The position numbers and the translations under genes are program-made. From Longimicrobiales bacterium (lineage in GTDB: Bacteria > Gemmatimonadota > Gemmatimonadetes > Longimicrobiales > Gaopeijiaceae), in NCBI GenBank assembly GCA_963664435.2, contig CAXXKM010000001.1, forward strand, positions 1,376,001 through 1,440,000: 64,000 nucleotides of DNA, given 5' to 3'. Shown piece by piece: positions 16,599 to 26,494 of the stretch (position 1 is its first letter; every line of letters starts with the position of its first letter). The notes under the pieces were generated by a model that worked only from the letters and a program-made list of their open reading frames with translations, searched no databases and had not been told where the DNA came from.

Positions 16599-19500
16599 AT
16601 GGCCTCGACGCCTGCCGAGCGGGAGCGGAGCGGCATCCTCGACGCGGTGGTGGGCGCGTCGCTCCGGCACCGGCTGCTCACCGTCGGAGCCGCGGCGGTC
16701 GCGCTCGCCGGTGGGGGATGGGTCGCGGCGACCCTCCCCGTCGATGTCTTTCCGGACCTCACCGCCCCCACCGTCACGGTGCTCACGGACGCCCACGGCA
16801 TGGCGCCCGAAGAGGTCGAAAGCCTGGTGACCTTCCCCCTCGAGACCGCGGTGAACGGAGCCCCGGGCGTACGCCGGGTGCGGTCCAGCTCGGCGCAGGG
16901 CATCAGCATCGTCTGGGTGGACTTCGACTGGGGCACGGACCTGTTCCGCGCGCGCCAGATCGTGAACGAGCGACTCCAGCTCGCGGTGACGCAGTTCCCC
17001 GACGACGTGACGGCGCCCGTTCTCGCCCCGGTCAGCTCGATCATGGGCGAGATCCTGCTGATCGGCATGACCGCGCCGGAAGGGCAGCTCATGGAAGCGC
17101 GCACCGCCGCCGACTGGATGGTGCGGCGCCGGCTGCTGGCCCTGCCGGGCGTGTCGCAGGTGATTCCCATCGGAGGCGAGGTGCGGCAGTACCAGATTCT
17201 GGTCGATCCCGGCCGGATGCGGGCGTACGGGATCGCGCTCGACGAGATTCTGGCCGCCGCCACCGCCTCGAACCGAAACGTGTCCGGGGGAGTGTACCGA
17301 TCCGGGGGCCGGGAAGTCCTCATCCGCGGCCTCGGACGCGCGCGCGGCCTGGAGGAGATCGGCCTCACCGTGGTCGCGGTGCGCGACGGCGTACCCGTGC
17401 TGATCGAGGATGTCGCCGACGTGCGCATCGGCCCGAAGATCCGTTTCGGGACGGCCGCGGTGAACGCGGAGCCGGCCGTCATCCTCTCGATTCAGAAGCA
17501 GCCGGGGGCGAACACGCTGGAGCTGACCGAGCGCGTGGACGCCGAACTGGACGCCATCGAAGCCGAACTTCCCGCCGGCGTCTCGTTCGCGCGGGCCATC
17601 TTCCGCCAGGCGGACTTCATCTCGCTTGCCGTCGAGAATGTGGTCGAGGCGCTCCGCGACGGGGCGGTGCTCGTCGTCGTCGTCCTGTTCCTCTTCCTCT
17701 GGAACCTGCGCACAACAGTCATATCCGTCCTGGCGATTCCCCTGTCGCTCGCGCTGGCCGTCATCGCCCTGCTCCTGCTCGGAGGCACGATCAACACGAT
17801 GACCCTGGGGGGGATGGCGATCGCCATCGGCGCCCTTGTCGACGACGCCATCATCTTCGTGGAGAACGCCTACCGGCGCCTGCGCGGCAACCGGCAACAG
17901 CCGGAGGACATGCGGACGCCGACGCTCCCGCTGATCCGCTACGCCGCGCGCGAGATGCGCGATCCGATCGTCAACGCGACCATCATCATCACCGTTGTGT
18001 TCGTGCCGCTCTTCTTCCTGTCCGGGGTGGAGGGCCGCATGCTGCGCCCGCTCGGCCAGGCGTACATCGTGGCGATTCTGGCCTCGCTGCTGGTGGCGGT
18101 CACTGTGACTCCGGTGCTCTGTTCCCTGCTGCTGTCGGGAGATCGCTCGCTGGCGAAGAAGCAGGAACCCTGGCTGCTGCGCGGCGTGCAGCGCCTCTAC
18201 GGCAACCTGCTGGAATGGACGCTGCGGCGCTCGGGTGTCGTGGTTGCGGGAGCAGGTGTGCTGCTGCTGGGCACTCTGGCCCTGATTCCCTCGCTGGGCG
18301 GCGAGTTCCTGCCGCCGTTCCGGGAGGGTTCGCTGACCATCTCGGTGGTCAGCCTTCCGGGAACCTCGCTTGCCGAGTCGGACGGGATCGGAGCACGGGT
18401 GGAGCGGCGCCTGCTGGACCATCCCGCGGTGGTTTCCACCTCGCGGCGGACCGGGCGGGCGGATCTGGACGAGCACGCACAGGGTCCCAACGCCTCCGAA
18501 ATCGACGCGCGGCTCGACCTGGCCGACCACGACCTGGACGATGTTCTGGCCGAGCTGCGCGACGGCCTCACCGGATTCCCGGGCACCAGCGTCACGGTGG
18601 GTCAGCCCATCGGTCACCGCATCGACCACATGCTCTCCGGGACGCGCGCGGCCATCGCGGTGAATCTGTTCGGGCCGGAGCTGCAGCCCCTGCGTGACAT
18701 CGCGGCGCAGATCGAGACCGTCGCTGGCCAGATCCCCGGCCTGGTGGACATCGCCGTCGAGAGGCAGGCGGACGTGCCGCAGCTCCAGATCCGAGCGGAT
18801 CGCCGCGCCATGGCCCGCTACGGCGTCACCCCGGGATCGCTGACGGCTGCGGTGGATGTGGCGTTCCAGGGAGAGGAGGTCTCGCTGATCCGCGAGGGCC
18901 AGCGCGCCTTCGACCTGGTCGTGCGCTACGCCGACGAGCATCGCGCGGATGCGGATGCCATCGGAAACACGCTGGTGTCGACGCCGGCGGGAGCCACCGT
19001 TCCGCTCTCGCAGCTCGCATCCGTCGTGCCGGCGCGCGGTCCCAACACCATCAGCCGCGAAAACGTTCAGAGAAAGATCGCGATCAGCGCCAACGTGGCC
19101 GACCGCGACGTGGTCAGCGCGGTGACCGAACTGCAGGAGAGGGTCGCGGCGGACGTGGCGCTGCCGCAGGGGTACTCGCTTCAATACGGCGGCCAGTTCG
19201 AGAGCGGGCAGGCGGCGACCCGGAGCATCACCGTCCTCTCGTTCTTCTCGATCGCCGCGATCTTTCTGGTGCTGCTGCGGGCCTTCGGGAACATCCGCAC
19301 GGCGCTGCTGCTCATGGCCAACCTGCCCCTTGCGCTCGCGGGCGGCGTGGCCACGGTGATGCTCATCGGCGGCACCATCAACGTCGCCACCCTGGTCGGC
19401 TTCATCACCCTTTTCGGCATCGCGGTGCGCAACGGGATCCTGCTGGTCAGCCGCTACAAGCACCTCTGCGGCCACGGTCTTGCGCTCCCGGGCGCCATCC

Positions 19501-19724
19501 GGCGGGGGTCGACGGAGCGCCTCAGCCCGATCGTGATGACCGCGCTCACCACGGGCCTGGCGCTGATCCCGCTGGCCCTCGGCATCGGCGAGCCCGGGAA
19601 GGAGATCCAGGCGCCGCTCGCGGTGGTGGTGCTCGGCGGCCTGATCACGTCGACCTTCCTCAACATGTTCGTCATTCCCGCGCTGTTCCTGCGGTATGGC
19701 CGATTCGGAGCGGAAACGCGCTGA
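16599..19724 (+). CDS. CzcA/CusA-family heavy-metal RND permease (probably divalent cations)
   Basis: LPVDVFPDL, PEEVESLVTFPLE, GALVDDAIIFVEN, QPIGHRIDHMLSG, RLSPIVMTAL. Confidence 0.93.
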   Translation: MASTPAERERSGILDAVVGASLRHRLLTVGAAAVALAGGGWVAATLPVDVFPDLTAPTVTVLTDAHGMAPEEVESLVTFPLETAVNGAPGVRRVRSSSAQGISIVWVDFDWGTDLFRARQIVNERLQLAVTQFPDDVTAPVLAPVSSIMGEILLIGMTAPEGQLMEARTAADWMVRRRLLALPGVSQVIPIGGEVRQYQILVDPGRMRAYGIALDEILAAATASNRNVSGGVYRSGGREVLIRGLGRARGLEEIGLTVVAVRDGVPVLIEDVADVRIGPKIRFGTAAVNAEPAVILSIQKQPGANTLELTERVDAELDAIEAELPAGVSFARAIFRQADFISLAVENVVEALRDGAVLVVVVLFLFLWNLRTTVISVLAIPLSLALAVIALLLLGGTINTMTLGGMAIAIGALVDDAIIFVENAYRRLRGNRQQPEDMRTPTLPLIRYAAREMRDPIVNATIIITVVFVPLFFLSGVEGRMLRPLGQAYIVAILASLLVAVTVTPVLCSLLLSGDRSLAKKQEPWLLRGVQRLYGNLLEWTLRRSGVVVAGAGVLLLGTLALIPSLGGEFLPPFREGSLTISVVSLPGTSLAESDGIGARVERRLLDHPAVVSTSRRTGRADLDEHAQGPNASEIDARLDLADHDLDDVLAELRDGLTGFPGTSVTVGQPIGHRIDHMLSGTRAAIAVNLFGPELQPLRDIAAQIETVAGQIPGLVDIAVERQADVPQLQIRADRRAMARYGVTPGSLTAAVDVAFQGEEVSLIREGQRAFDLVVRYADEHRADADAIGNTLVSTPAGATVPLSQLASVVPARGPNTISRENVQRKIAISANVADRDVVSAVTELQERVAADVALPQGYSLQYGGQFESGQAATRSITVLSFFSIAAIFLVLLRAFGNIRTALLLMANLPLALAGGVATVMLIGGTINVATLVGFITLFGIAVRNGILLVSRYKHLCGHGLALPGAIRRGSTERLSPIVMTALTTGLALIPLALGIGEPGKEIQAPLAVVVLGGLITSTFLNMFVIPALFLRYGRFGAETR

Positions 19725-19867
19725 TACCAGCCCGGCGGGGCCGGCTCGCCGGGGGCCGGCGCCAACTTCCAATCCTCGGCGCCTGTACCCGAACAAACGC
19801 CGAATATCGGGGTATAAGGAGGTAAGCCACCAGCCAATTCACCCCTGAAGCTCCGAGATCAGACACG

Positions 19868-21640
19868 ATGTCCACTGCCTCCGCAGCAGCACTCGCCCCG
19901 ACTCTTCCTGCCCCGGCTCCTACTTCGCCAGCTCCTACTTCGCCAGCTCCTACTTCGCCAGCTCCTACTTCGCCAGCTCCTACTTCGCCGGCCCCTTCTT
20001 CGCCAGCTACCCATGCGCCAGCTCCTACTTCGCCAGCTGCCTCCGTCCCGAACACGCTTGACCCCCTCGGCGACGAGATCGCGCTTCTGTGCGCCCACAT
20101 CACCGCCGCCACCTACCGGCTCCTCTGCCTGCTGAGGGTCTACGACGAAGAGGAACGCTGGCAGGGATTTCGCTCCTGCGCCCACTGGCTCTCCTGGCGT
20201 ACCGGCATCTCGCTAGGTCCCGCCCGCGAGAAGGTGCGCGTGGCGCGCTGTCTCCCCTCGCTGTCCCTCATCCCCGACGCCTTCGCCAGGGGCGAGATCT
20301 CGTACTCGAAGGTGCGGGCCATGACCCGCATCGCCGACGCCGAAAACGAGGCCGAACTCCTTGAGTTCGCCCGCCACGGCACCACCGCGCACGTGGAAAA
20401 GATGGTCCGGTATTGGCGGCGCATCGACCGGGGCGACGCCTCCCGGGCCGCCCGTGAGGAGCGCCGCGGCCTCTCGCTGTGGCTCACCGAGGACGGCAGC
20501 TACGAAGTGCGGGGCCGGCTAAACCCGGAGGTCGGCGCCCTGCTCCTCAAGGCGCTCGAGGTGGCGGAGACCCGGCTCTACCGCGCCGAGCGCAATGCCG
20601 GGACCGCGCACAGGACGTCGGCGGAGCAACGCCGGGCCGACGCCCTGGGGCTTTGGCTGGAAGAGCGGGTGCAACCTCAGGTGCAGCTCGTGGTCCACTC
20701 GTTCGCAGGCGGCCAGCACGGGGCGCAAGAGGAGCAGGCACAGAACGCTGCGGTGACGCAGGAACAGGATGCGCCAGCGGAGCAGGCACAGAACGCTGCG
20801 GTGGAGCAGGAACAGGACGCTGCGGTGGCGCAGGAACAGGATGCACCCTTGGCGCAGGAACAGGACGCTGCGGTTCTGCTGGTCACCGAGGATGGCTCGC
20901 GGGTTTCAGCTGAAACGTCTTCGCGGCTCACCTGCGATGCGGAGGTCGTGCCGATTGCGCGGGCGGGCGACGGCTCCGTGCTCGATGTCGGGCGCCGTCG
21001 AAGGACCGTCGGCTGGCGGCTGCGCAAGGCCCTGGAGGCACGCGACGGCGGCTGCCGGTTCCCCGGGTGCGATTCGCGCGCGCGCACCCACGCCCACCAC
21101 ATCACCCCGTGGGCCCACGGTGGAGAGACCGCCATGAACAACCTGGTGCTGCTGTGCCCCTTCCACCACCGCGCGGTCCACGAGGGGGGCTGGCGGGTGG
21201 AGATGGACGAGTGGGGAGCCCCGCGCTTCTTCAATCCGCTGGGCGTTCCGCTGCCCGTGCAGCCGGAGCCGTCGGACATCGGCGACCTGGTGCCCGCCTC
21301 TCCCGACATCGCCGAAGGGGTGCCCCGCGGCGGCTCGCCGACACTCCGGAAGCCTTCGCTCGCACCCCGGGAGCCCTCGCCCGCATTCCGGATGCCCTCG
21401 GCCGCATGCCCGAAGGCTCCGGCGGCGCTCCCCCTGGCCTCCCCGGGACCATCGGTCTCGTCCTCGACGTTGGCAGACCCGCCGCCACCCTCGGCGCAGG
21501 ACTTCGGTCTGCACCGCTGGCACGGCCAGGACGGCATCGACGCCTGGACCGGGGACTCGCTGTGGACGGGCGAACGCATCGACTGGGGCTATGCGATGAT
21601 GTGCCTCTGGAGGGAAGGAGGACAGAGCAGCCGTCCCTGA
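19868..21640 (+). CDS. DUF222 (13E12-type) + HNH endonuclease protein, probable selfish element
   Basis: SCAHWLSWRTG...AREKVRVAR, GEISYSKVRAMTR; RDGGCRFPGC...HHITPWAHGGET..NLVLLCPFHHRAVHEGGW. Confidence 0.92.
   Translation: MSTASAAALAPTLPAPAPTSPAPTSPAPTSPAPTSPAPTSPAPSSPATHAPAPTSPAASVPNTLDPLGDEIALLCAHITAATYRLLCLLRVYDEEERWQGFRSCAHWLSWRTGISLGPAREKVRVARCLPSLSLIPDAFARGEISYSKVRAMTRIADAENEAELLEFARHGTTAHVEKMVRYWRRIDRGDASRAAREERRGLSLWLTEDGSYEVRGRLNPEVGALLLKALEVAETRLYRAERNAGTAHRTSAEQRRADALGLWLEERVQPQVQLVVHSFAGGQHGAQEEQAQNAAVTQEQDAPAEQAQNAAVEQEQDAAVAQEQDAPLAQEQDAAVLLVTEDGSRVSAETSSRLTCDAEVVPIARAGDGSVLDVGRRRRTVGWRLRKALEARDGGCRFPGCDSRARTHAHHITPWAHGGETAMNNLVLLCPFHHRAVHEGGWRVEMDEWGAPRFFNPLGVPLPVQPEPSDIGDLVPASPDIAEGVPRGGSPTLRKPSLAPREPSPAFRMPSAACPKAPAALPLASPGPSVSSSTLADPPPPSAQDFGLHRWHGQDGIDAWTGDSLWTGERIDWGYAMMCLWREGGQSSRP
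19916..20035 (+). repeat. Eight in-frame 15-bp repeats (APTSP) in DUF222-HNH
   Basis: GCTCCTACTTCGCCA, five exact and three variant units. Confidence 0.95.
20732..20875 (+). repeat. Six in-frame 24-bp repeats (xQEQDAAV-like) in DUF222-HNH
   Basis: GAGCAGGMACAGRACGCTGCGGTG and variants at 24-bp period. Confidence 0.9.
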
Positions 21641-21722
21641 CCCTGCGTCTACATCCGCGCGCCGTTGAGCCATACCGGGACACGCCGCAGACTAACAGGT
21701 GCCAACATCCCGGGACACCACG

Positions 21723-24700
21723 CTAATGCAGGATGTTGCGTGACCTCAGGTGGGTGGTCACGGCGCCGATCATGAGGGGGCGGATGCGGTATTCGGGCTG
21801 GGCTGAGCTGTCCCCTGCCGTCTTCTCCGCGATCGGCTTCTCGCTGTCCGCGGACGGGACCCTTTCAATCACTCGACGCTCTTCCAGCGACCGGAGGATG
21901 TGCAGGCTCTCGGCACCCGAGGTCCGGGAGATTACGCAGTATTCGTCCGAGGTCAGAGTACCGTGGTCCACAATGGCCTTGAGGGCGAAGCTCTGCGCCA
22001 GATCCAGGTTCTCGATGCCCGACTCCAGCGCGCTCAGCGGACGCACGAGGAGACTTCCCGCCGTCGAAGCGAAGTCCGCCGAGCGCAACCAGTAGAACAG
22101 CGCCAGACGCGGGAATCCCTGGGAAACCCGGTGTAGACGCTGGAAAAAGTCGGATTCGATGGGGTCCCCCTGCCTGGCCGAGCCCCGCAGCCGGCGCGCC
22201 CGGCGTCGCAGCAGCGCCCTTCGGTCGCGTGGTTCGGCGAAGCGCAGGGGGAGCCCGCTCAGCCGATGCCGGGCCAGAATCGCCTGGCGCAACGCTTCGG
22301 GGGACAGTTCCCCCAGAGTGACCCGCTCGATGTCGTGCACGAAGGCGGGGGCACGCTTCTCGACCAGTTGCCAGGCCGTCGAGGTCATGGCTGCGATCCA
22401 GAACACCCTCGATTCGGTGCGCGACATGAAGGTCAGGAGCCGCTCGACCAGCCTGCCTCCCCCGGGCGCGCGCATGTGCAGATGTTCCGTCGCCTCCAGG
22501 ATGGCGAAGCCCGGTACAGACCCCGGTGGCGCCTCCAGTAACCGGTCCGCGAGCGAGTCGAGGTCGTCCGCCTCCCCCAGCCCCAGCCATTCGGCCAGGC
22601 ACCGCGCGAGACGCGCCTCCGCCCGCATCTTTGTGGTGAACCTGCGCCGTACCCCGCCCGGAGCCTCGGTGGAGAGGCGGCCTGTGACGACATTCAGGAA
22701 ACTGGTCACGCCGACGCCGGGCGATGCGATGACGACCAGGGACCTGGCCTCCCCGGTCGCTCGCCTCGCCCAGGCCGCCTCCACCGCGGCCAGGGCGTCC
22801 TCGCGCCCCGCGAGCAAACGCGCGTCGGCCAGCGGTTCCAGCGCGAAGAGGCGCCGGTAGACGACCGGAAGCGCGCGCGGAACCTCATCCGCGTACGCCA
22901 GTGAGTCGCGGCGGTCGACGACGTCCCGGGCCGCTGGACCGAGACCGATGCTCGCGCTGAGCGGCCGAAGGAGCCCCAAAACCCACGATGCGGCCGCGGC
23001 GGCCCCGCCGCCAACCTGCGCCGACAGCCGCCGCGCCCGCATCCACGCCCGGGCGAGTCCGGCCGCCAGAACTGTGCGGGCCTCCAGATAACCGGCCGTC
23101 ATCCGGTCCGCGGTCACCTGCTCGATCAGCTGGCGCAAACCGCCGCCGATCTCGGCCGCGAGCCTGCCTTCCGCCACCGCCACGGCTTCGCGCAGGAGTT
23201 CGCGCGCGGTCGCTGCCTTGTCGCCGGCGCGGGTGAGGCCGTTGACGACCAGCACCGTGGGATGCGGCGCGTCGGAGTCGCGCCGGTCCTTCGCCTCCGC
23301 GACCGCGGCCTCATAGCCGTATCCCGACACCTCCCGGAGGTCAGTCACCTGCGAGCGAATCCGGTGCATGGCTTCACGGATCGCTGCAGGCGCGGCTCGC
23401 ATGCGTTCCCGGCGCAGGAGATCGAAGGCGTGCAGGAAGGTATCGCGCGGACGCACGGTGCGGGGGTCCGCCGTCGGTCGTCGAGGAGGATCTCCGGGCG
23501 GCGGGATGTCGTGAAGCGCCAGCGCTCCGGGCATCCGCTCCCGAATCTCGTCCAGACCGTGGATCGCGTCCTCCACCGTAGCAGTCAGCGCCTCGAACAC
23601 GGCGTCGGGTTCCGGCAGCACGCCCTGGAGGCGCTCGAGCGCTGCATCGGTGAGTTGCCGCTCGGCCTCCAGAATCGGCGCAAGATCCTCATCGCCGGCT
23701 GACAGGCCCGCTACGCGCTTCCTGCTTCGGCCCAGTTCGGCCGCGACTTCGGCCAACACCGCATCCGCGTTGCGGACGGTACGCGACCAGTCACCACGCA
23801 GTGCGCCGCGAATCCCTTCGACATCACGGCGCATCGCGACCAGGCCCCGGTACAACTCCAGCCGGGCCCCCGCTCCCTCCGCCCAGGCATCCCATTGGAC
23901 GGCCAGTTCCCGCTGGCGTCCGGGGCCCGGCCGACTGGAGGGCGGGTCGGCCGCGAAGGTGCCGGCCACCGCCACCGAGGCCGCCAGGGATTCCTCCAGC
24001 TGTCCGAAATCGGCGCGGCGGGCGCTCCCGGCAGCCTTTTCGACGTCGTCGACGAGCGCCTGCAGTTCGGCCTGCAGCCGCGCTCCGGCCGCGTGGTCGA
24101 GCCCTACTTCGGCCGCGTGGTCGAACCGTACTTCGGGGGCGTCGTGCAACCGCGCTCCGGCGGCGTGGTGGGCCGGGATCTCGGCAGGCAACTGCTCCTC
24201 CGCGACAGAGTCGTCGGAGGGTGCGGGCTCATCGACCGAAGGGACCGGCTGCAGCACCGCGGCCGCCCACTCGGCCCATGCGCGCTCCAGGCGCCCGAGC
24301 CATTCGGCCCGGTCGTGCTGGCTCCGGCGGAAGGCATTCGCCTGGTTGCGGAGCACCACCTGAACGAGGTGCTGGCGGGCCAGCCGGGCCACAGGGACGC
24401 GGCGCATCCGGCCCCGCCGCCACATGGTCGGCCCGAGTACACGCGCCACGGCTCGCTTGATCGTGCGAATGGCACCGACGCCGGAGACGCGCGCGGCGGG
24501 CAGGCGGGAAGCCTGCGCCTGCAGCATGGCCGGCAGCTCCGTCAGCGATGCGCGCGCGCGGCCCGCAGTCGAAGCGAGGGATTCTTCCAGTTCGGTGGCC
24601 ACGGCCCGTCCGGCGAGAGCGGCGCGCAAGGGCTCGATGACATCTTCCGAGACTGCATCGCGGTATCGTGCCGGCGCTCCGGGCGCAGCCTGCCCGCTGT

Positions 24701-24959
24701 CGCCGGCGCGCGCGCGCCGGCCTCCGTCTCCCGCGACCCCTTCCCGCTCTCGATCGCCGCCGGGACTCGCATCCTCCATTCCCTCGACGGCGAGGGCGCC
24801 GAGTGCAAGCTCATGTGCACTCGCGGCGTCCTCCAACGTCTGGCGAACGGGATGCCACACTTCCTCCTCGTAGCGCCCCCAGGCCTCCGCGAAGGGCACA
24901 TGAACCGCCGCGGAGATGCGGGCGACGATCTCGGTATCGCTGCGCCGGTCGTCGCTCAT
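21723..24959 (-). CDS. Large helical protein with degenerate P-loop/AAA-like domain and wHTH-like end (1078 aa)
   Basis: ATG 24959 overlaps mscS stop; LPVVYRRLF..EPL...LLAGRE, VIASPGVGVTSFL, FAILEATEHL, SQGFPRLALFYWLRS. Confidence 0.75.
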   Translation of the reverse strand: MSDDRRSDTEIVARISAAVHVPFAEAWGRYEEEVWHPVRQTLEDAASAHELALGALAVEGMEDASPGGDREREGVAGDGGRRARAGDSGQAAPGAPARYRDAVSEDVIEPLRAALAGRAVATELEESLASTAGRARASLTELPAMLQAQASRLPAARVSGVGAIRTIKRAVARVLGPTMWRRGRMRRVPVARLARQHLVQVVLRNQANAFRRSQHDRAEWLGRLERAWAEWAAAVLQPVPSVDEPAPSDDSVAEEQLPAEIPAHHAAGARLHDAPEVRFDHAAEVGLDHAAGARLQAELQALVDDVEKAAGSARRADFGQLEESLAASVAVAGTFAADPPSSRPGPGRQRELAVQWDAWAEGAGARLELYRGLVAMRRDVEGIRGALRGDWSRTVRNADAVLAEVAAELGRSRKRVAGLSAGDEDLAPILEAERQLTDAALERLQGVLPEPDAVFEALTATVEDAIHGLDEIRERMPGALALHDIPPPGDPPRRPTADPRTVRPRDTFLHAFDLLRRERMRAAPAAIREAMHRIRSQVTDLREVSGYGYEAAVAEAKDRRDSDAPHPTVLVVNGLTRAGDKAATARELLREAVAVAEGRLAAEIGGGLRQLIEQVTADRMTAGYLEARTVLAAGLARAWMRARRLSAQVGGGAAAAASWVLGLLRPLSASIGLGPAARDVVDRRDSLAYADEVPRALPVVYRRLFALEPLADARLLAGREDALAAVEAAWARRATGEARSLVVIASPGVGVTSFLNVVTGRLSTEAPGGVRRRFTTKMRAEARLARCLAEWLGLGEADDLDSLADRLLEAPPGSVPGFAILEATEHLHMRAPGGGRLVERLLTFMSRTESRVFWIAAMTSTAWQLVEKRAPAFVHDIERVTLGELSPEALRQAILARHRLSGLPLRFAEPRDRRALLRRRARRLRGSARQGDPIESDFFQRLHRVSQGFPRLALFYWLRSADFASTAGSLLVRPLSALESGIENLDLAQSFALKAIVDHGTLTSDEYCVISRTSGAESLHILRSLEERRVIERVPSADSEKPIAEKTAGDSSAQPEYRIRPLMIGAVTTHLRSRNILH
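24073..24168. repeat. Four in-frame 24-bp repeats inside the P-loop protein
   Basis: Units at 24073, 24097, 24121, 24145 (HAAGARLx / HAAEVxxD). Confidence 0.8.
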
Positions 24960-26353
24960 CGCGCGCTCCGCTGACCCGGGGTGGACGCCTCCGGGGGTTC
25001 GACCATCGGATACCAGTCGCGTTCCGGCATGAGACCCGCGGCGCGGAAACCATCGCGGGCGCGCTCGGTGATGTCGCTCTGCATCAGGAACTCGAAGCGG
25101 GGATCCAGCACGTAGGCCTTCACCCTCACGCGGGTCACGAAGGTGGTGCGGAACTCGTCTCCGACGAGCACCACGATGGGTTTGTTCAGGAAGACGTACC
25201 GGGAAGTCACCGCCGCCTCGAAGGCGATCTCCCTGGCCCTGCGCTCGTCCACGCGGCCGGGCAGGTAGAGATCGGTCACGACCTGGCAGTTCAGCTGCCC
25301 GGCGTTGGCGTTGGCGACCTGCTCCTCCACGACCTGCGAGTTGGGCACGGTCACCAGGTTGTCGTCGGCGGTCACGATGCGCGTCGACCTGAGGCCGATC
25401 GACACAACCTCGCCGTAAGTGCCCCCCACCGAGATCTTGTCGCCTACCTGGAAGGGCTGGTCGAAGACGACGATCAGGCCCCCGAACACGTTCTTCAGCA
25501 GGTCCTGCGCCGCGATGCCGAGCGCCAGGCCCAGCGCCGCGCTCGCCGCGAGGAGCCCCTGGGCGTCGACCCGGAACACGGTGCGCAGGATGAGGTAGGC
25601 CGCGATCCCCCACAGCGCCATGCGGGTGATGGGGATGAGCCACTTGATCGAGAGGCGGCGCTTGACGCTCCGTTCGGCCAGCGTCTCCAGGACCCATCCC
25701 AGCGCCCGGATCAGGAAGTGAAAGACGACGATGACGACCAGCGACCAGAAGATGCCGACCCCGAGACTCCGGACCTCCTCGGTCGCGCCCTCCAGATCGA
25801 GGGCCGCGCCGGAGGTGTCGGTCTGAGCCGTGGCCCCCGGACCGCCCTGCTCCATCGCGTCCAGGCGGGATAGTATCAGCTGCTGTGCCGCAGTGATATC
25901 ACTCAACTGGGCGGCGAGTGAGTCGAGGGTCGCCTGGGATGGCAGAGCCTGCTGCTGCGCGGCGAGCGAGTCGAGGGCCGCCTGGGATGGTAGAGCCTGC
26001 GAAGGGGCGCCGGCCTGCAGTGAGGCGCCGGCCTGCTGTGGGACACCGGCCTGCTGATCGGCACCGGCCTGCTGATCGGCACCGGCCTGCGGCTGAGCGC
26101 CAGCCGGCGCATCCGCCTCAGCTCCGGGGCCCGCAGCGAGTTCCGCGCCCGGATCGGCCTGCTGTTGGACCTCCGCGTCCACCTCGGTGCCGGAGGCAGC
26201 CGGCTGCTCCGCCCCGGTAATCACCACGGTCCCGGGGTCCGAGTCCATCGGCGCAGGGTCGCCGCACGCCGCGGCCGCCATCAGGAGCATGACCCCGCCC
26301 GCAACGCGCGAGACGAGCCTGGCGGCGTCGCTGTTCGTGTCTCGTACAGCCAT
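24956..26353 (-). CDS. mscS: MscS-family mechanosensitive channel with long low-complexity N-terminus
   Basis: GLALGIAAQDLLKNVFGG, QPFQVGDKI, GEVVSIGLRSTRI, VTVPNS; AAAAC lipobox-like. Confidence 0.9.
   Translation of the reverse strand: MAVRDTNSDAARLVSRVAGGVMLLMAAAACGDPAPMDSDPGTVVITGAEQPAASGTEVDAEVQQQADPGAELAAGPGAEADAPAGAQPQAGADQQAGADQQAGVPQQAGASLQAGAPSQALPSQAALDSLAAQQQALPSQATLDSLAAQLSDITAAQQLILSRLDAMEQGGPGATAQTDTSGAALDLEGATEEVRSLGVGIFWSLVVIVVFHFLIRALGWVLETLAERSVKRRLSIKWLIPITRMALWGIAAYLILRTVFRVDAQGLLAASAALGLALGIAAQDLLKNVFGGLIVVFDQPFQVGDKISVGGTYGEVVSIGLRSTRIVTADDNLVTVPNSQVVEEQVANANAGQLNCQVVTDLYLPGRVDERRAREIAFEAAVTSRYVFLNKPIVVLVGDEFRTTFVTRVRVKAYVLDPRFEFLMQSDITERARDGFRAAGLMPERDWYPMVEPPEASTPGQRSAR
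25912..26098. repeat. In-frame duplications in MscS N-terminus (2 units at 48-bp period, 5x18 bp)
   Basis: ALPSQAxLDSLAAQ twice; RCCGGCCTGC-led 18-bp units at 26009-26098 (QAGADQ). Confidence 0.85.
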
Positions 26354-26494
26354 TTGTCGGCGGGTTCTCGGGTAGGTTTGCGGCAACTCTACATTACCCG
26401 CGCGCCCGCCGCGCGCCTACCCCCGGCGTTCAACCGCCCCGCGTGCAGCCTTCGCTTGCGTGTAGTATCACCTTGTGCACTGCGATGATATCAC

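Noticed and set aside
19731..19753. Hairpin after czcA-like gene as an intrinsic terminator
   Set aside because: Stem present but no U-tract; such stems are common at this GC content
24960..25697. N-terminal extension of the 1324-aa ORF
   Set aside because: Overlaps mscS in another frame; the plausible start is the coupled ATG at 24959
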